From the NCBI GenBank assembly GCA_034530615.2, contig JAVRCV020000015.1, positions 179,702 through 243,701 of the forward strand: a DNA stretch of 64,000 bases, read 5' to 3'. A program made the position numbers and the translations under genes. Below the pieces are notes generated by a model that did no database searches, was not told where the DNA came from, and saw only the letters and a program-made list of their open reading frames with translations. Source of the stretch: Aulosira sp. ZfuVER01 (GTDB taxonomy: Bacteria > Cyanobacteriota > Cyanobacteriia > Cyanobacteriales > Nostocaceae). Positions 40,565 through 51,190 of the stretch are shown here, in pieces; within the stretch, counting starts at the first letter, position 1; every line of letters begins with the position of its first letter.

Positions 40565-41275
40565 CTAATCTTGCGGTTCAATTCCCGCCGCCCGCAATTG
40601 TGCTACTAGTCGTTCGGCGCGTTGTCTTTCTTGTTCGGCTAATTGTGTACCCCAAAGTAGTAAATTTCCTTGTTCATCCCACCACCGCAACCAATTTCCT
40701 GTTCGATTTTCACGAGTACCTTGCCATACACCCAAATAAAGATTCATTTGGGCTATCCAGTAACGCTGGTTGTCGTTGGGGGTTTGGATAACGTATCTAC
40801 CTGTATTACTATCTAAGCGATAAACTTCTAAATCTCCGCTATCAGGTTCAAAAATTGCATAATTTGGTACTTTTAAGACGCATTCGTAAAAAAAACATTT
40901 ACCTGGGGGGTAGGTGGGTTTGATGGAGTATTCTCCACCTTCTGTATCAGAAAGAAATTCTATGACAATTACGGGAATGTCTCCCTGTAGCTGGGGTGTG
41001 TAACTGCGGGTTACATCTTCTCGATTAACGCTAATTTTGGGAATATACGCCCAGTCTGGGGCTTTGACGACAATTTTGCCATTTAAGGTGGCGCAGATCC
41101 CGTAATTTGTTGGTGTAAGGGCGTTGGGTGGAAGTTTACCAGCAAGTTCTAAGCTTTGTGTTAGTGCAGCAGCTAAGGCTGGTTGGTTGATGTTGTCTAC
41201 TGGATCGTCTGGTAGCTTGTAATCGTCGGGTAGTTTTTCCCAAGTGATTTGGTAGCCTTGGGTAAAGGCTGTCAT
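40565..41275 (-). CDS. Uma2 family endonuclease (DUF820)
   Basis: WEKLPDDY.LPDDPV, KAPDWAY, VIEFLSDTEGGEY, WLRWWD, LRAAGIEP. Confidence 0.92.
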   Translation of the reverse strand: MTAFTQGYQITWEKLPDDYKLPDDPVDNINQPALAAALTQSLELAGKLPPNALTPTNYGICATLNGKIVVKAPDWAYIPKISVNREDVTRSYTPQLQGDIPVIVIEFLSDTEGGEYSIKPTYPPGKCFFYECVLKVPNYAIFEPDSGDLEVYRLDSNTGRYVIQTPNDNQRYWIAQMNLYLGVWQGTRENRTGNWLRWWDEQGNLLLWGTQLAEQERQRAERLVAQLRAAGIEPQD

Positions 41276-41305
41276 GGCAGTTTCCTTTGTTTGTGAGAGG
41301 AGATG

Positions 41306-42847
41306 TTACTCGTCTATGTCAGGTTCTAAATCGTCTTCTGTGAGTTCTTGATGGGGGATGGCGGCAATAATTGCATCTATTACTTTGGAAACTGGTAAAA
41401 TCTCGATATTAAGGTCGGGGAATTTTTGACCTTTGGGGACGATCGCTCTTTTAAATCCAAGTTTGGCAGCTTCTTTTAACCGCAGTTCCATCTGAGAAAC
41501 CGATCGCACTTGTCCGCCTAACCCGACTTCACCAATCAAAACTGTACCTGGATCGACTATGCGATCGCGGAAACTCGCCACAATGGCGATCGCTATTCCC
41601 AAATCTACGGCGGGTTCTTCGACGTTCAACCCACCCGCTGAAGCTACATAGGAATCTAGCTTTGACATCGGAATCCCTACCCGTTTTTCTAACACCGCCA
41701 GAATTTGCACGAGGCGGTTATAGTCTATACCCGTGGCTGCACGCCGGGGAGAGGGGTAGCTGGTAGGACTTACCAGAGCTTGCAATTCTACAACGATGGG
41801 GCGAGTTCCTTCACAAGCGACAACAATAGCCGTACCAGGCGCTGGATCGTCACGATTACCTAAAAATAGCTCTGAGGGGTTAGGAACTTCACGCAATCCG
41901 TGAGATACCATTTCAAAGATGCCGATTTCGTGAGTTGCACCGAAGCGATTTTTTACTGTCCGTAATAACCGATGGGAAGCAAAGCGATCGCCTTCAAAAT
42001 ACAGTACTGTATCAACTAAGTGTTCTAAGACTTTCGGCCCGGCGATCGCACCTTCTTTAGTTACGTGTCCCACAATTAACATTGTCACATCTTCATGCTT
42101 TGCCACTTTCATCAGTGCGGCGGTACATTCCCTAACTTGAGCTACGGAACCGGGTGCAGATGTCAGTGCTGGAAAGAACACAGTTTGGATACTATCAATT
42201 ACTGCTACATTTGGTTTGAGAGAGTCAATTTCCCGGAGAATTTCTTCTAAATCGGTTTCTGGCAATACATATAAATCTGCACCAATACTGTCAGGATCTA
42301 TACTGTTAGGTTCTATGGGAATGGGTGTCGCTTCTGCTACAACTGGGTTTTCATCGCCTACAACATTGACACTTTTTGATACTCCCAAGCGCGAAGCTCT
42401 TAATTTTACTTGTTGACCTGATTCTTCCCCAGTTACGTAAAGGATGCGGTATCTCTGCGCTAACTGATTTGATACTTGAAGCAGCAAAGTTGACTTACCA
42501 ATTCCCGGATCGCCGCCAATCAATACCATCGAACCAGGGACAACTCCACCACCCAATACCCGATCTAATTCTCCATAACCAGATTCCCAACGAGCGATTT
42601 GGCGATCGCTAATTTGGTCAAATGTTAAAGAAGAGCGCGGTTTTGCTGGTTTAGCATGAGATTTGCCATTGGTTTGCGCTGATTGCCAACCACTCACTCC
42701 CCCACGACTGGGTATATCAACTGATGACTGGATAGAAATCTGCTCTTCTAAGGAGTTATATGTGCCGCAAGCTGGACACTTACCAAACCACTGGGACGAT
42801 TCTGCTCCACAATCGTTACAAATGTAAAAAGTTTTGGGCTTCGCCAT
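41306..42847 (-). CDS. radA: DNA repair protein RadA/Sms
   Basis: Zn ribbon CNDCG...CPAC, GGDPGIGKST, KNRFG, Lon-like C-terminus. Confidence 0.98.
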   Translation of the reverse strand: MAKPKTFYICNDCGAESSQWFGKCPACGTYNSLEEQISIQSSVDIPSRGGVSGWQSAQTNGKSHAKPAKPRSSLTFDQISDRQIARWESGYGELDRVLGGGVVPGSMVLIGGDPGIGKSTLLLQVSNQLAQRYRILYVTGEESGQQVKLRASRLGVSKSVNVVGDENPVVAEATPIPIEPNSIDPDSIGADLYVLPETDLEEILREIDSLKPNVAVIDSIQTVFFPALTSAPGSVAQVRECTAALMKVAKHEDVTMLIVGHVTKEGAIAGPKVLEHLVDTVLYFEGDRFASHRLLRTVKNRFGATHEIGIFEMVSHGLREVPNPSELFLGNRDDPAPGTAIVVACEGTRPIVVELQALVSPTSYPSPRRAATGIDYNRLVQILAVLEKRVGIPMSKLDSYVASAGGLNVEEPAVDLGIAIAIVASFRDRIVDPGTVLIGEVGLGGQVRSVSQMELRLKEAAKLGFKRAIVPKGQKFPDLNIEILPVSKVIDAIIAAIPHQELTEDDLEPDIDE

Positions 42848-43017
42848 TCTTAAATCTTATTAAATATTCTTAATTTTTCCTTAATTCTTGGAGAAAAGAA
42901 AAGTTCAATAATAGTAGTAGTTACAGCTTTTTTTCACTTAATTCATGGAATGATATCTTAATATTATGGTATTAAAAATTAATCATGAAAAATTTTAGTT
43001 AAGGAGCGTTGAGAAAC

Positions 43018-43746
43018 TTGGAAAGTCATAAAGAAAAAATCCTGGTGGTAGACGACGAAGCCAGCATTCGCCGGATTTTGGAAACGCGCCTTTCCATGAT
43101 TGGCTACGATGTAGTAACGGCTGGCGATGGTGAAGAAGCTCTGGAAACTTTTCGCAAAGCTGACCCCGACCTAGTGGTTTTGGATGTAATGATGCCAAAA
43201 CTAGATGGCTACGGTGTGTGCCAAGAATTACGTAAGGAGTCAGATGTCCCTATCATTATGCTAACAGCTTTAGGGGACGTAGCCGATCGCATCACTGGTT
43301 TAGAATTAGGTGCTGATGACTATGTAGTTAAACCTTTTTCGCCAAAGGAGCTAGAAGCCCGCATTCGCTCTGTGCTAAGACGGGTTGATAAAACTAGTGC
43401 GTCTGGTATTCCCAGTTCTGGGGTAATTCATGTTGCTAATATCAAAATTGATACGAATAAGCGACAAGTTTACAAAGGCGATGAGCGCATTCGCTTAACG
43501 GGTATGGAGTTTAGCTTGCTAGAGCTATTAGTTAGCCGTTCTGGAGAAGCTTTTTCCCGTTCGGAAATTTTGCAAGAAGTATGGGGTTACACACCAGAAC
43601 GCCATGTAGATACCCGTGTAGTAGATGTGCATATCTCCCGTCTGCGAGCCAAATTGGAAGACGATCCCAGCAACCCTGAATTAATTCTCACAGCACGAGG
43701 TACTGGTTATTTATTCCAACGGATAATTGAACCTGGAGAGGAGTAA
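43018..43746 (+). CDS. rpaB: OmpR-family response regulator RpaB (Ycf27)
   Basis: ILVVDDEASIRRILETRLSMIGY...VWGYTPERHVDTRVVDVHISRLR; TTG start after AAGGAG. Confidence 0.96.
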   Translation: MESHKEKILVVDDEASIRRILETRLSMIGYDVVTAGDGEEALETFRKADPDLVVLDVMMPKLDGYGVCQELRKESDVPIIMLTALGDVADRITGLELGADDYVVKPFSPKELEARIRSVLRRVDKTSASGIPSSGVIHVANIKIDTNKRQVYKGDERIRLTGMEFSLLELLVSRSGEAFSRSEILQEVWGYTPERHVDTRVVDVHISRLRAKLEDDPSNPELILTARGTGYLFQRIIEPGEE

Positions 43747-43816
43747 AGAAGAGACAAGGGAGACAAGGAAGCAATTAATTAATCACTTTTGACTCTTGAC
43801 TCTTGACTTTTGACAA

Positions 43817-44479
43817 ATGACTAAACCCGATCCCAATCTAGTTTTACGGCGTCTACCGATAGTCGTTGGCTGTTTAGGCGCTGTACTTTTGCTGATTAAT
43901 CGTTTGTTGACACCAGAACTTACTGAATCCCAAGCACGTGGGGATGTGTTGGGTGTAATTTTAAGTGCGGTGTTAATTTTGACTGGTTTAATTTGGCAGC
44001 AAGTACAACCGCGATCGCCTGATACTGTACAACTGATTGGGGAGGAAGGTTTGGTGTTGGCTGCGGATTTACCAGAAGCCGTGAAAACAGAATTAGCCTG
44101 GGCATCGCATTTATTATTAACTAACACAGTCACGCGATCGCTGTTAGTTTTTTATCAAGGTAAGGTTTTGTTACGTCGCGGTATTCTGGCTCCTAAATCT
44201 GAGGTTGTACCAGGGCCAATTTTAAAAAGGGTTTTGGAAACACAAAAGCCAGTTTATTTAGTTGCGTTAAAAGTCTATCCAGGACGAATTGAATTTGATT
44301 ATTTACCAGAAAATACTCAAGGCGTAATTTGTCAACCTATTGGTAATCAAGGTGTATTGATTTTAGGTGCAAACGCACCTCGCAGTTACACCAAGCAAGA
44401 TGAAAATTGGATTGCCGGAATTGCTGATAAATTAGCTGTTACTCTCAGTTCTTATTTGCAAGTTGCATCAGACAATTAA
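43817..44479 (+). CDS. Cofactor assembly of complex C subunit B (CCB2/CCB4 family)
   Basis: Two TM helices, ELAWAS..LLTNT, YPGR.EF.YLP.NTQ.V..QP, GAF-like C-terminus. Confidence 0.82.
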   Translation: MTKPDPNLVLRRLPIVVGCLGAVLLLINRLLTPELTESQARGDVLGVILSAVLILTGLIWQQVQPRSPDTVQLIGEEGLVLAADLPEAVKTELAWASHLLLTNTVTRSLLVFYQGKVLLRRGILAPKSEVVPGPILKRVLETQKPVYLVALKVYPGRIEFDYLPENTQGVICQPIGNQGVLILGANAPRSYTKQDENWIAGIADKLAVTLSSYLQVASDN

Positions 44480-44485
44480 CAATTT

Positions 44486-45004
44486 ATGCAAATTATCTAT
44501 TGGTTACTGGTTGCTGTAATGGTTGTGGGTATTATTGGTGCTGTAGTTCCTGCCATTCCTGGAACCAGTTTAATATTAGTTGCAATTATTATCTGGGGAG
44601 TAGTTAGCAGTTCTTTTGTGGCGATAAAAATACCACTTATTGTCACAGTTGTGGTGTTGCTTCTGAGTATTGGCGTAGATTTCTTAGCTGGCTACATAGG
44701 AGCAAAACAAGCAGGTGCTAGTAAATGGGGACAAATTGGCGCGTTTGTTGGGTTGCTTTTGGGTTTTTTCGGATTATTACCAGCTTTACCTTTTGGCGGG
44801 CCGCTGTTAGGTATTTTAATCGGTCCATTGCTGGGAGCCATTATTGGTGAGTTCCTTTACCAACGTAAATTAGGAGTAGCAATTAAAGCTGGTATCGGAA
44901 TTGTGGTCGGAACAGTGGTTGGGAATTTACTTCAAGGAGTATTAGCGATCGCCGCAGTTATAGTTTTCCTAGTAACAACTTGGCCACAGGTTTTTGGTAG
45001 TTAG
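44486..45004 (+). CDS. DUF456 membrane protein
   Basis: VVPAIPG, GAKQAGASKWG, GPLLGAIIGE. Confidence 0.85.
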   Translation: MQIIYWLLVAVMVVGIIGAVVPAIPGTSLILVAIIIWGVVSSSFVAIKIPLIVTVVVLLLSIGVDFLAGYIGAKQAGASKWGQIGAFVGLLLGFFGLLPALPFGGPLLGILIGPLLGAIIGEFLYQRKLGVAIKAGIGIVVGTVVGNLLQGVLAIAAVIVFLVTTWPQVFGS

Positions 45005-45642
45005 ATTTTGATGTAGAGTTATCATCACCCTACCCAACGTGCTGGAAATATTGCTTGTAATGACTTCAGTAATTTGAAACCTGCCTACGCGGGTTTTATC
45101 TATTTTGAAATACAATTTCTTCAATTTCAATTTATAGCCTCTTCGCGTTGAGTTTATACAAAAATCAAATACAGTTTATCTAAAAATTAACATTTTGGTT
45201 TTCTATAATCAGTACGTAACCTCACCAGAAATGTGTAGTAATCTTTAAAAATAAAAATTCTCATTCTGCCAATTATACGGAGGCAAAACTGCTTTCTTTT
45301 AAGGAAATTTCCGTAAATTTCAATACTCTCAGATTAGAGTTATAAGAAAGAACACTATGCAGGTAATGAAGATTCTATCAAGTTACATAGGTAGATCTTG
45401 CGTATTAGGAAACAGCTATGTAATTCTGTAGAAGTAACAAACACATCATTAACTGATTACAAACAGGGCAATTATTCTACCTGAGTTTTAATACAGCAAT
45501 CTTACATAGATTATAAATACGAAATGCATTTATAGTCTATCTTCCCAATATTTTTTTTGCAATCATAACTACTTTTTGGATTGCTGCTAAGTAATTAGCA
45601 TACTTGGTCTCGTAAATTCTTTTATAGGAGCCTTAAATCGCA

Positions 45643-46281
45643 ATGTTTGATATTAAATCTAAAGTACTCAATGCAACTTTAGCTGCTACTTTTGCAATCC
45701 CCTTAGCTACTGCTGGGATGTTTACCTCTGCTGGTTCTGCTCAAGCGGCTGCATTGACTGGAGACTTTTCTTTGGCAGGTCTTGGCGCGGCAGAATTAAA
45801 ACAAAATTCTCTAACTTTTTTGAATCCACAAACATTCATAATTCCTTATGCTACTGGAACCTTCGGAAGTTTTAACTCAGGTTCAATAAACAACATTTTG
45901 AGCTTTGGTTCCCCTGCATCGGCTATTAATCCATTCCTTGACTTAGGTGCTAAAGATGGATTTGATATCTTTAATTTGACTTCTGCAAGCTATACAACGG
46001 AAGATGCTGGCAATTTCGTTGCTGTTAAAGTCACAACGGATGGCTTCTTCAAAAGTGCAACTGGAGAAATAACTCAAGGACAGGGCTTTTTCACTTTCCA
46101 AAAAGTAGGTACCAAAGCTGCTATTGACAAAGATCTTGCTGATGGTAAAACAGTTTCGGGACTAACTTATTCTGCTAGTTACTTCGCTACAGTTCCCGAA
46201 CCCACTACATTACTAGGTTTGGGTGCTGTAGGCGCAGTAATGGCTGTGTCTCGCCGCCGCAAAGCTCAAGTTACTTCTTGA
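45643..46281 (+). CDS. PEP-CTERM sorting-domain exoprotein
   Basis: Signal peptide ending AQAA; C-terminal VPEPTT + hydrophobic helix + RRRK. Confidence 0.92.
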   Translation: MFDIKSKVLNATLAATFAIPLATAGMFTSAGSAQAAALTGDFSLAGLGAAELKQNSLTFLNPQTFIIPYATGTFGSFNSGSINNILSFGSPASAINPFLDLGAKDGFDIFNLTSASYTTEDAGNFVAVKVTTDGFFKSATGEITQGQGFFTFQKVGTKAAIDKDLADGKTVSGLTYSASYFATVPEPTTLLGLGAVGAVMAVSRRRKAQVTS

Positions 46282-46398
46282 GCATTCCCTCAAAAATAAA
46301 TTGTGAGACATCAAGGAGGTAAAACTATTATCAAGAATACTAAGCTGTAAAAATTATCCAACTATATTCGGTTTGCATTAAGTGTTATAGCTGTAAGT

Positions 46399-46430
46399 TC
46401 GTAGTAATTATTTAAGCAATTACTACGAAT
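46399..46430. repeat. REP-like palindrome (TTCGTAGTAA...TTACTACGAA); relative at about 57065-57096
   Basis: TTCGTAGTAATT-atttaagc-AATTACTACGAA. Confidence 0.7.
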
Positions 46431-46541
46431 TTTCTTTTGTAGTGCTGTTCGGTTGAATGCACCTATAAAATAAGGGCACAAATTTTTGTACCCTTAAAGA
46501 CTTCTATTTCAAATTTCGCACAAGTTTATTGAAATAAGAAT

Positions 46542-47204
46542 TTATACTGATTGCAAAGATTTTTTAGCTTCATTTGCGATCGCTTCTACTTCATCGTCCG
46601 CCAGAGTTTCTAATAAAGCTTTGGCATCTGCACCACCTAAACTGCTTAAAGCGTGCAAAACTCTATAACGGACTTGCCAATCTGGATTGTTGGCGTAGGG
46701 AGCTAAAAGTGGAACTGCATTTGTATCTCCCAATTCGCCAAAAGAACTAATGGCAGCAGTTTTAATTAAATCATTTTCGGAAGTAAGTGCTTCTTTAAGT
46801 AGTTCAAAGCCTCGCGGATCTCCTAACTCTCCTAATGTGGCGATGATGCTAAATTTTACCAGCCATTCAGGAGTTGTATTGTAAAGTTGCTGCAAGTCTT
46901 CAAAAGCTGCTTCTAGTTTCAGCGCACCTAAACAATCGGCTGCGGCGGCTTGAACATCTGGTTCGGGGTCATTCAGCAGTTCGCGCAGTAGATTTAACGA
47001 TAACTCTAAATCTTGTGTACCGAGTGTATCCAGCTGACTCACTGCTGAGTAACGAACACGAGCATTGTCATCACCAACTGCACTTTGAATCAGTTCAAAA
47101 GCGATCGCTGGTTCTAAGTCGCGGATTTGATTCACAGCTCGCAAGCGATCGCCCAAATTTTCCGAACTGAGCAATTGCTGAACAGACTCAGGAGTAATAC
47201 TCAT
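46542..47204 (-). CDS. nblB: Phycobilisome degradation HEAT-repeat protein NblB
   Basis: MSITPESVQQLL.S...GDRLRAVNQ; PBS-lyase HEAT repeats; synteny with the CBS protein. Confidence 0.85.
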   Translation of the reverse strand: MSITPESVQQLLSSENLGDRLRAVNQIRDLEPAIAFELIQSAVGDDNARVRYSAVSQLDTLGTQDLELSLNLLRELLNDPEPDVQAAAADCLGALKLEAAFEDLQQLYNTTPEWLVKFSIIATLGELGDPRGFELLKEALTSENDLIKTAAISSFGELGDTNAVPLLAPYANNPDWQVRYRVLHALSSLGGADAKALLETLADDEVEAIANEAKKSLQSV

Positions 47205-47283
47205 TTACTTATCCTAAATTTTCCAAATGTTTAAAAACAGTCAAGGGTAATTTGTCATTTGTCATGGGACTTTTGACTGTTGC

Positions 47284-47748
47284 TTAATCTTGACTTGCTG
47301 CCATTGCCCGAACAATGTCACCACGGGTAAGGATACCAATTACTTGACCCGCGCTATCAAGTACAGGCAGACGGTGAACACTGCGATCGTGCATGATTCT
47401 GGCTGCTTCCTTTAAAGTTTTATCAGGGGAAATAGTAATCGGGTTCTTGCTCATCACATCCCCAACAGTCTGTCCTAAAGCTTTGTGCAAGTCCCGTTCA
47501 TAATCAGCAGGATTTTGTAAATAGATGACACTATCGAGAAACATGATGTAAGCCGGAGGAGTTACACCTGTTTCTTGCCACATCAAGTCAGTTTCTGAGA
47601 TAATGCCTACCAATTTACCAACATCATCTACAACAGGTAGTCCGCTAATACGTCGTTCTGCCAGAATTTGAATGGCTTCCTTTAGCGGAGTTTCAGAGCG
47701 AACTACAACTGGGTCATGGCTCATCACGTCGGCAACGGTTTTAGGCAT
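47284..47748 (-). CDS. CBS domain pair protein
   Basis: MPKTVADVM, ISGLPVVD...LVGIISETD, HRLPVLD...GILTRGD. Confidence 0.92.
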   Translation of the reverse strand: MPKTVADVMSHDPVVVRSETPLKEAIQILAERRISGLPVVDDVGKLVGIISETDLMWQETGVTPPAYIMFLDSVIYLQNPADYERDLHKALGQTVGDVMSKNPITISPDKTLKEAARIMHDRSVHRLPVLDSAGQVIGILTRGDIVRAMAASQD

Positions 47749-47902
47749 TTGTTTGCTGACACCTTTTATCAACGTCTTTGGGTTTATTTTAAAAAATTGC
47801 GGGTCGTAACCTGATGGATTTAATACATCGTTACTTGATATTGAGCATGGGGCATGGGGCATTGGGCATTGGGCAAGACTTATTAGTTACTTCTCCCTTG
47901 TC

Positions 47903-48018
47903 AACGCCACTTGCTACAACGCGACGGCACTTCCTTCAAGTCGGCGTTCGCCCTTGGCGTTGCCGAAGGCTAGCCGCCCAACGGAGTGCCTTGGGAACCC
48001 GCGCAACGCAGTGGCTCC
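47903..48018. repeat. Nested GC-rich short dispersed palindromic repeats
   Basis: Outer arms GCCACT/AGTGGC, middle arms GGCACTTCC/GGAGTGCC, inner 26-nt insert. Confidence 0.7.
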
Positions 48019-48039
48019 TCCTTGTCTCCCTTATCCCCC

Positions 48040-48462
48040 TCATCTCTTCCACACGCTTGTCTTCAGCGCTGAGATAATTTGCACATTTGCCTTGGGAAAA
48101 GCAAACTGTTCGAGATCGTCTAAACCTACCCAGCGAATTTCTTCACATTCCAGCGCTTGCGGAACACCTGTTAGGTGTCTACAGTGATGTACGGTTAAGG
48201 TAACACGTAACTCCGTATACGTATGATCGATGGTGATGAGATGTTCTTCTACTGCAATCTCTATTCCCAGTTCTTCATAAATTTCCCGTTGAATACACTC
48301 TTCAACAGTTTCACCAGGCTCGATTTTGCCACCAGGAAATTCCCACAAACCACCCATTGCTCCCCCCGCACGACGGCGATCGATTAATATTTGCTCTTGG
48401 TCGTTCCAAATTACGGCAACACCAATAATTTTGTGGGGTAGGAGAGAACTATTTTCACTCAT
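48040..48462 (-). CDS. mutT: 8-oxo-dGTP diphosphatase (Nudix)
   Basis: WEFPGGKIEPGETVEECIQREIYEELG Nudix box; FPKAN. Confidence 0.93.
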   Translation of the reverse strand: MSENSSLLPHKIIGVAVIWNDQEQILIDRRRAGGAMGGLWEFPGGKIEPGETVEECIQREIYEELGIEIAVEEHLITIDHTYTELRVTLTVHHCRHLTGVPQALECEEIRWVGLDDLEQFAFPKANVQIISALKTSVWKR

Positions 48463-48509
48463 GGTCTATGGGAAAAAAGAAGTTAGTATCGGCTCTTTAA
48501 TAATAGAAC

Positions 48510-48535
48510 TCGGCAAGTTAATTTATTTGCCGAGC
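48510..48535. terminator. Terminator-like hairpin
   Basis: CTCGGCAA-gttaatttat-TTGCCGAG. Confidence 0.55.
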
Positions 48536-48776
48536 CTAGATTTTATTACCTATCTAAAAATTAATTTCTTGGCCGAACTATTATTTTTTTATGAATCTTT
48601 GATTATGTGTAGATTACCTGAACCAGCGAGTTTTGGCTTTGCTGCTGCCCCAATCATAGTTTTTAGTTAATTCTAGATATTCAGAGTAAGCGATCGCGCG
48701 TCTGTGAGGATTTCGCAGAGAAAGACGATCGCTTGTGCCAGCGTGCCTACTTCAAAACATACAGCCAACAACATCG

Positions 48777-49121
48777 CTACTCGTTTTCACTATCGTTGAT
48801 TTCAGTGCCTTGTAAAGCGTGTTCAAAGTTCATTCTCTGTTCAGCGTTACGCAAGAAGTAACCACTAATCATGGCAGAGGCCAGAAGCCGACCTAGACTT
48901 TCTCTACTAGTAGTGATAGTAACGCCAAAATGTTCGGAAGGTAAGTTACCCAAAAGTCCCACAATATTGCGTTCCATCACCTGGAGCACTTCTGGAGAAT
49001 TAGGTTTAGATAGCTGGGTGACTGTTTCTGGACTCAAGGATTTAACATATTGCCAGAGTAAATCACTAGTTTCAGACTCACTGTTAAAAAATTCTGAGAC
49101 TCGATTGGATGGGTTACTCAC
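48777..49121 (-). CDS. DUF760 domain protein
   Basis: LWQYVKSL.PE...SPEV...NI.GLLG.LP...LASAM.SGYFLR..EQR. Confidence 0.88.
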   Translation of the reverse strand: MSNPSNRVSEFFNSESETSDLLWQYVKSLSPETVTQLSKPNSPEVLQVMERNIVGLLGNLPSEHFGVTITTSRESLGRLLASAMISGYFLRNAEQRMNFEHALQGTEINDSENE

Positions 49122-49343
49122 TTTTAACTCCTTGACTAATAGTACTAGCTACGGTGTTTGTGACTTTTCACAATCAATGCTTATTGTTGTATTGACCTGA
49201 GCTAGTTCTTTGGTGTTCCTGTCAACTAATGTAACAGGCGAGATACTATCAGGCAGTCGGTGTAACCGTACCAAAAGCAGAGTGTTTTCTCACCTAATGG
49301 TCATTGGTCATTAGTCCTTTGTAAATAACTAACAACAAAGCAA

Positions 49344-49380
49344 AAAGTTCAGATCGGATAAAACCTTCGATCTGAACTTT
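49344..49380 (-). terminator. Intrinsic terminator downstream of the sigma factor gene
   Basis: AAAGTTCAGATCG...CGATCTGAACTTT perfect 13-bp arms. Confidence 0.75.
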
Positions 49381-49398
49381 GTAAGAAAGGACAAATGA

Positions 49399-50355
49399 CT
49401 AGCTTGCCAAATATTCATCCATCTTGGCTTTAGACTTACGCAGTTTAGTTAAAGCTTCCCGTTCAATTTGCCGGACTCGTTCGCGGCTAATGTTGAGGAT
49501 GTCGCCAATTCTGGCCAATGTAAGAGCCTGTCCATCCATTAAGCCAAAACGGAGTGTAATTACTTCCTTCTGTTGGGGTGTAAGATCCCCCATTAGGCGT
49601 TCCAAGTCATTAGATAAGGAAGATTGCATGACAAACTCTTCTGGAGAAGCACCCGGATCTTCTAGCATTTCTCCTAGTTCGGTGTCGTAGTTGTCTCCCA
49701 ACCGCAAATCCAAGGATAGGGGTAGACGTGCTTTTTCGAGATACTCTCGCACCTGTTTGGGTGTCAATTCCAATTCTTGAGCTAGTTCGGATGCTGAAGG
49801 GGCACGTCCCAGTTTTTGCGATAATTGTCGCTGTGCTTTTTTAATCTTATTAAGTTTCTCGGTGATGTGGATAGGTAAGCGAATAGTACGAGCTTTTTCT
49901 GCGATCGCTCTTGTAATTGCTTGCCGAATCCACCAATAGGCATAAGTTGAAAATCTATAGCCTTTTGTGGGGTCAAACTTTTCTACACCCCGCTGCATAC
50001 CGATACTGCCTTCTTGGATCAAGTCCAGTAAATCGACATTGCGCTTAATATACTTTTTGGCAACGGATACTACTAGCCGCAAGTTGGCTTCTACCATTTT
50101 GCGCTTGGCATATTCACCTTCAGCGATCGCGTCGTTTAACTGAGCCAAGTCTAGCTGGGTTGCTGTTGCCCACTCTTCTAAAGTTGGTTGACGGCCTAAC
50201 TGGGTGACAAGCTCCTCCCTCAACTCATGCAAAGCAGTTGAACGTTGCACCTGTTTGCCATAAAAAATCTCTTCCTCGTGGGTTAAGAGTGGCACACGGC
50301 CAATCTCACGCAGGTAAGTCCGCACGAGGTCCGTGGCTGTCTGGGCGGTCTTCAT
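49399..50355 (-). CDS. sigD: Group 2 sigma factor (SigD type)
   Basis: [53 protein letters not shown]; no region 1.1; dpsA-carB-sigD synteny as in Anabaena. Confidence 0.85.
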   Translation of the reverse strand: MKTAQTATDLVRTYLREIGRVPLLTHEEEIFYGKQVQRSTALHELREELVTQLGRQPTLEEWATATQLDLAQLNDAIAEGEYAKRKMVEANLRLVVSVAKKYIKRNVDLLDLIQEGSIGMQRGVEKFDPTKGYRFSTYAYWWIRQAITRAIAEKARTIRLPIHITEKLNKIKKAQRQLSQKLGRAPSASELAQELELTPKQVREYLEKARLPLSLDLRLGDNYDTELGEMLEDPGASPEEFVMQSSLSNDLERLMGDLTPQQKEVITLRFGLMDGQALTLARIGDILNISRERVRQIEREALTKLRKSKAKMDEYLAS

Positions 50356-51112
50356 GGCGCTACTCATTGGTAATGTTGGATTTGACAGTAGGGTCATTAA
50401 GTGATAGATGCTTTGCCAGGGTGCTACCCAGTCTAAAGGGGAACCCATGCTATGGTTAGCAATTTATGTGCCCGAAAAACTCGGCTGCTCATATTAATCT
50501 AGTTAGGTTCTTAACTGCTCTAGACGTTACAGTTATTTACCCGGTTTCACAAGTATCTAGAGTTAGATAAGGGGTAATGGGTTGAACATTTTTTGGATTA
50601 TTTCATAGTTAATAATTGTAACATTTATGAGAATGATCTGGACATTTAACAGCCTGAAATTTAAAAGCTGTTCGAGTTGGTGTAACGCAAGCATATTGCT
50701 CAATACCGTTTAGGAACTAAATAATAAATCTCTCTAGGCAGTAATGACTTACTCATATTTCTTAAAATAACTCAATGATAAGTATAAGTAATCGTCTATA
50801 ACAATTGCTTAATTTTTGCTGTACCCATATATGAGAACTGCTGTCGTGAAGTATTGAGGCATGGGGGACAAAGGGGGACAAGGAGGACAAGGAGGAGCAG
50901 GAAGAATGCATCCTTGTCTGCTCCTTAACTTTTATCTTTTTCTTTGGTTGGATAAAAGTACCTTTTGCCAGATATCTCAGGGGCTAACTTGAAAATAAGG
51001 TAGGAGGCAGAAGGAAGGATGAATATTTTCATCCTTGGTTGTGCCAAAACCTAGCGTGAATGGCTAACTTGAAAATAGGGAACGGGGAGAAAGGAGGGTA
51101 GCTAGTCATCGA

Positions 51113-51190
51113 TGCCCAATGCCCCATGACGTCAGTTGCCTCAAGTCGGGAAACCCGCCCACGGCACTGGCTCCCCCATGCCCCATGCCC
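51113..51190. repeat. Short dispersed palindromic repeat embedded in CCCCATG STRR
   Basis: gacgtcagttgcctcaagtcgggaaacccgcccacggcactggctcc flanked by gccccat/gcccaat heptamers. Confidence 0.7.

Noticed and set aside
47814..48187. Plus-strand ORFs of 77-87 aa
   Set aside because: Translations of STRR and SDR repeat DNA, partly antisense to mutT.
50526..50543. HLR1 (RpaB) site upstream of sigD, and similar half-sites upstream of psaA (about 12760)
   Set aside because: Biologically plausible, but only one good half-site in each case; cannot be supported by eye.
50982..51077. 16-bp direct repeat GGCTAACTTGAAAATA, 80 bp apart
   Set aside because: Only two copies in a repeat-rich spacer; probably a local duplication with no further support.
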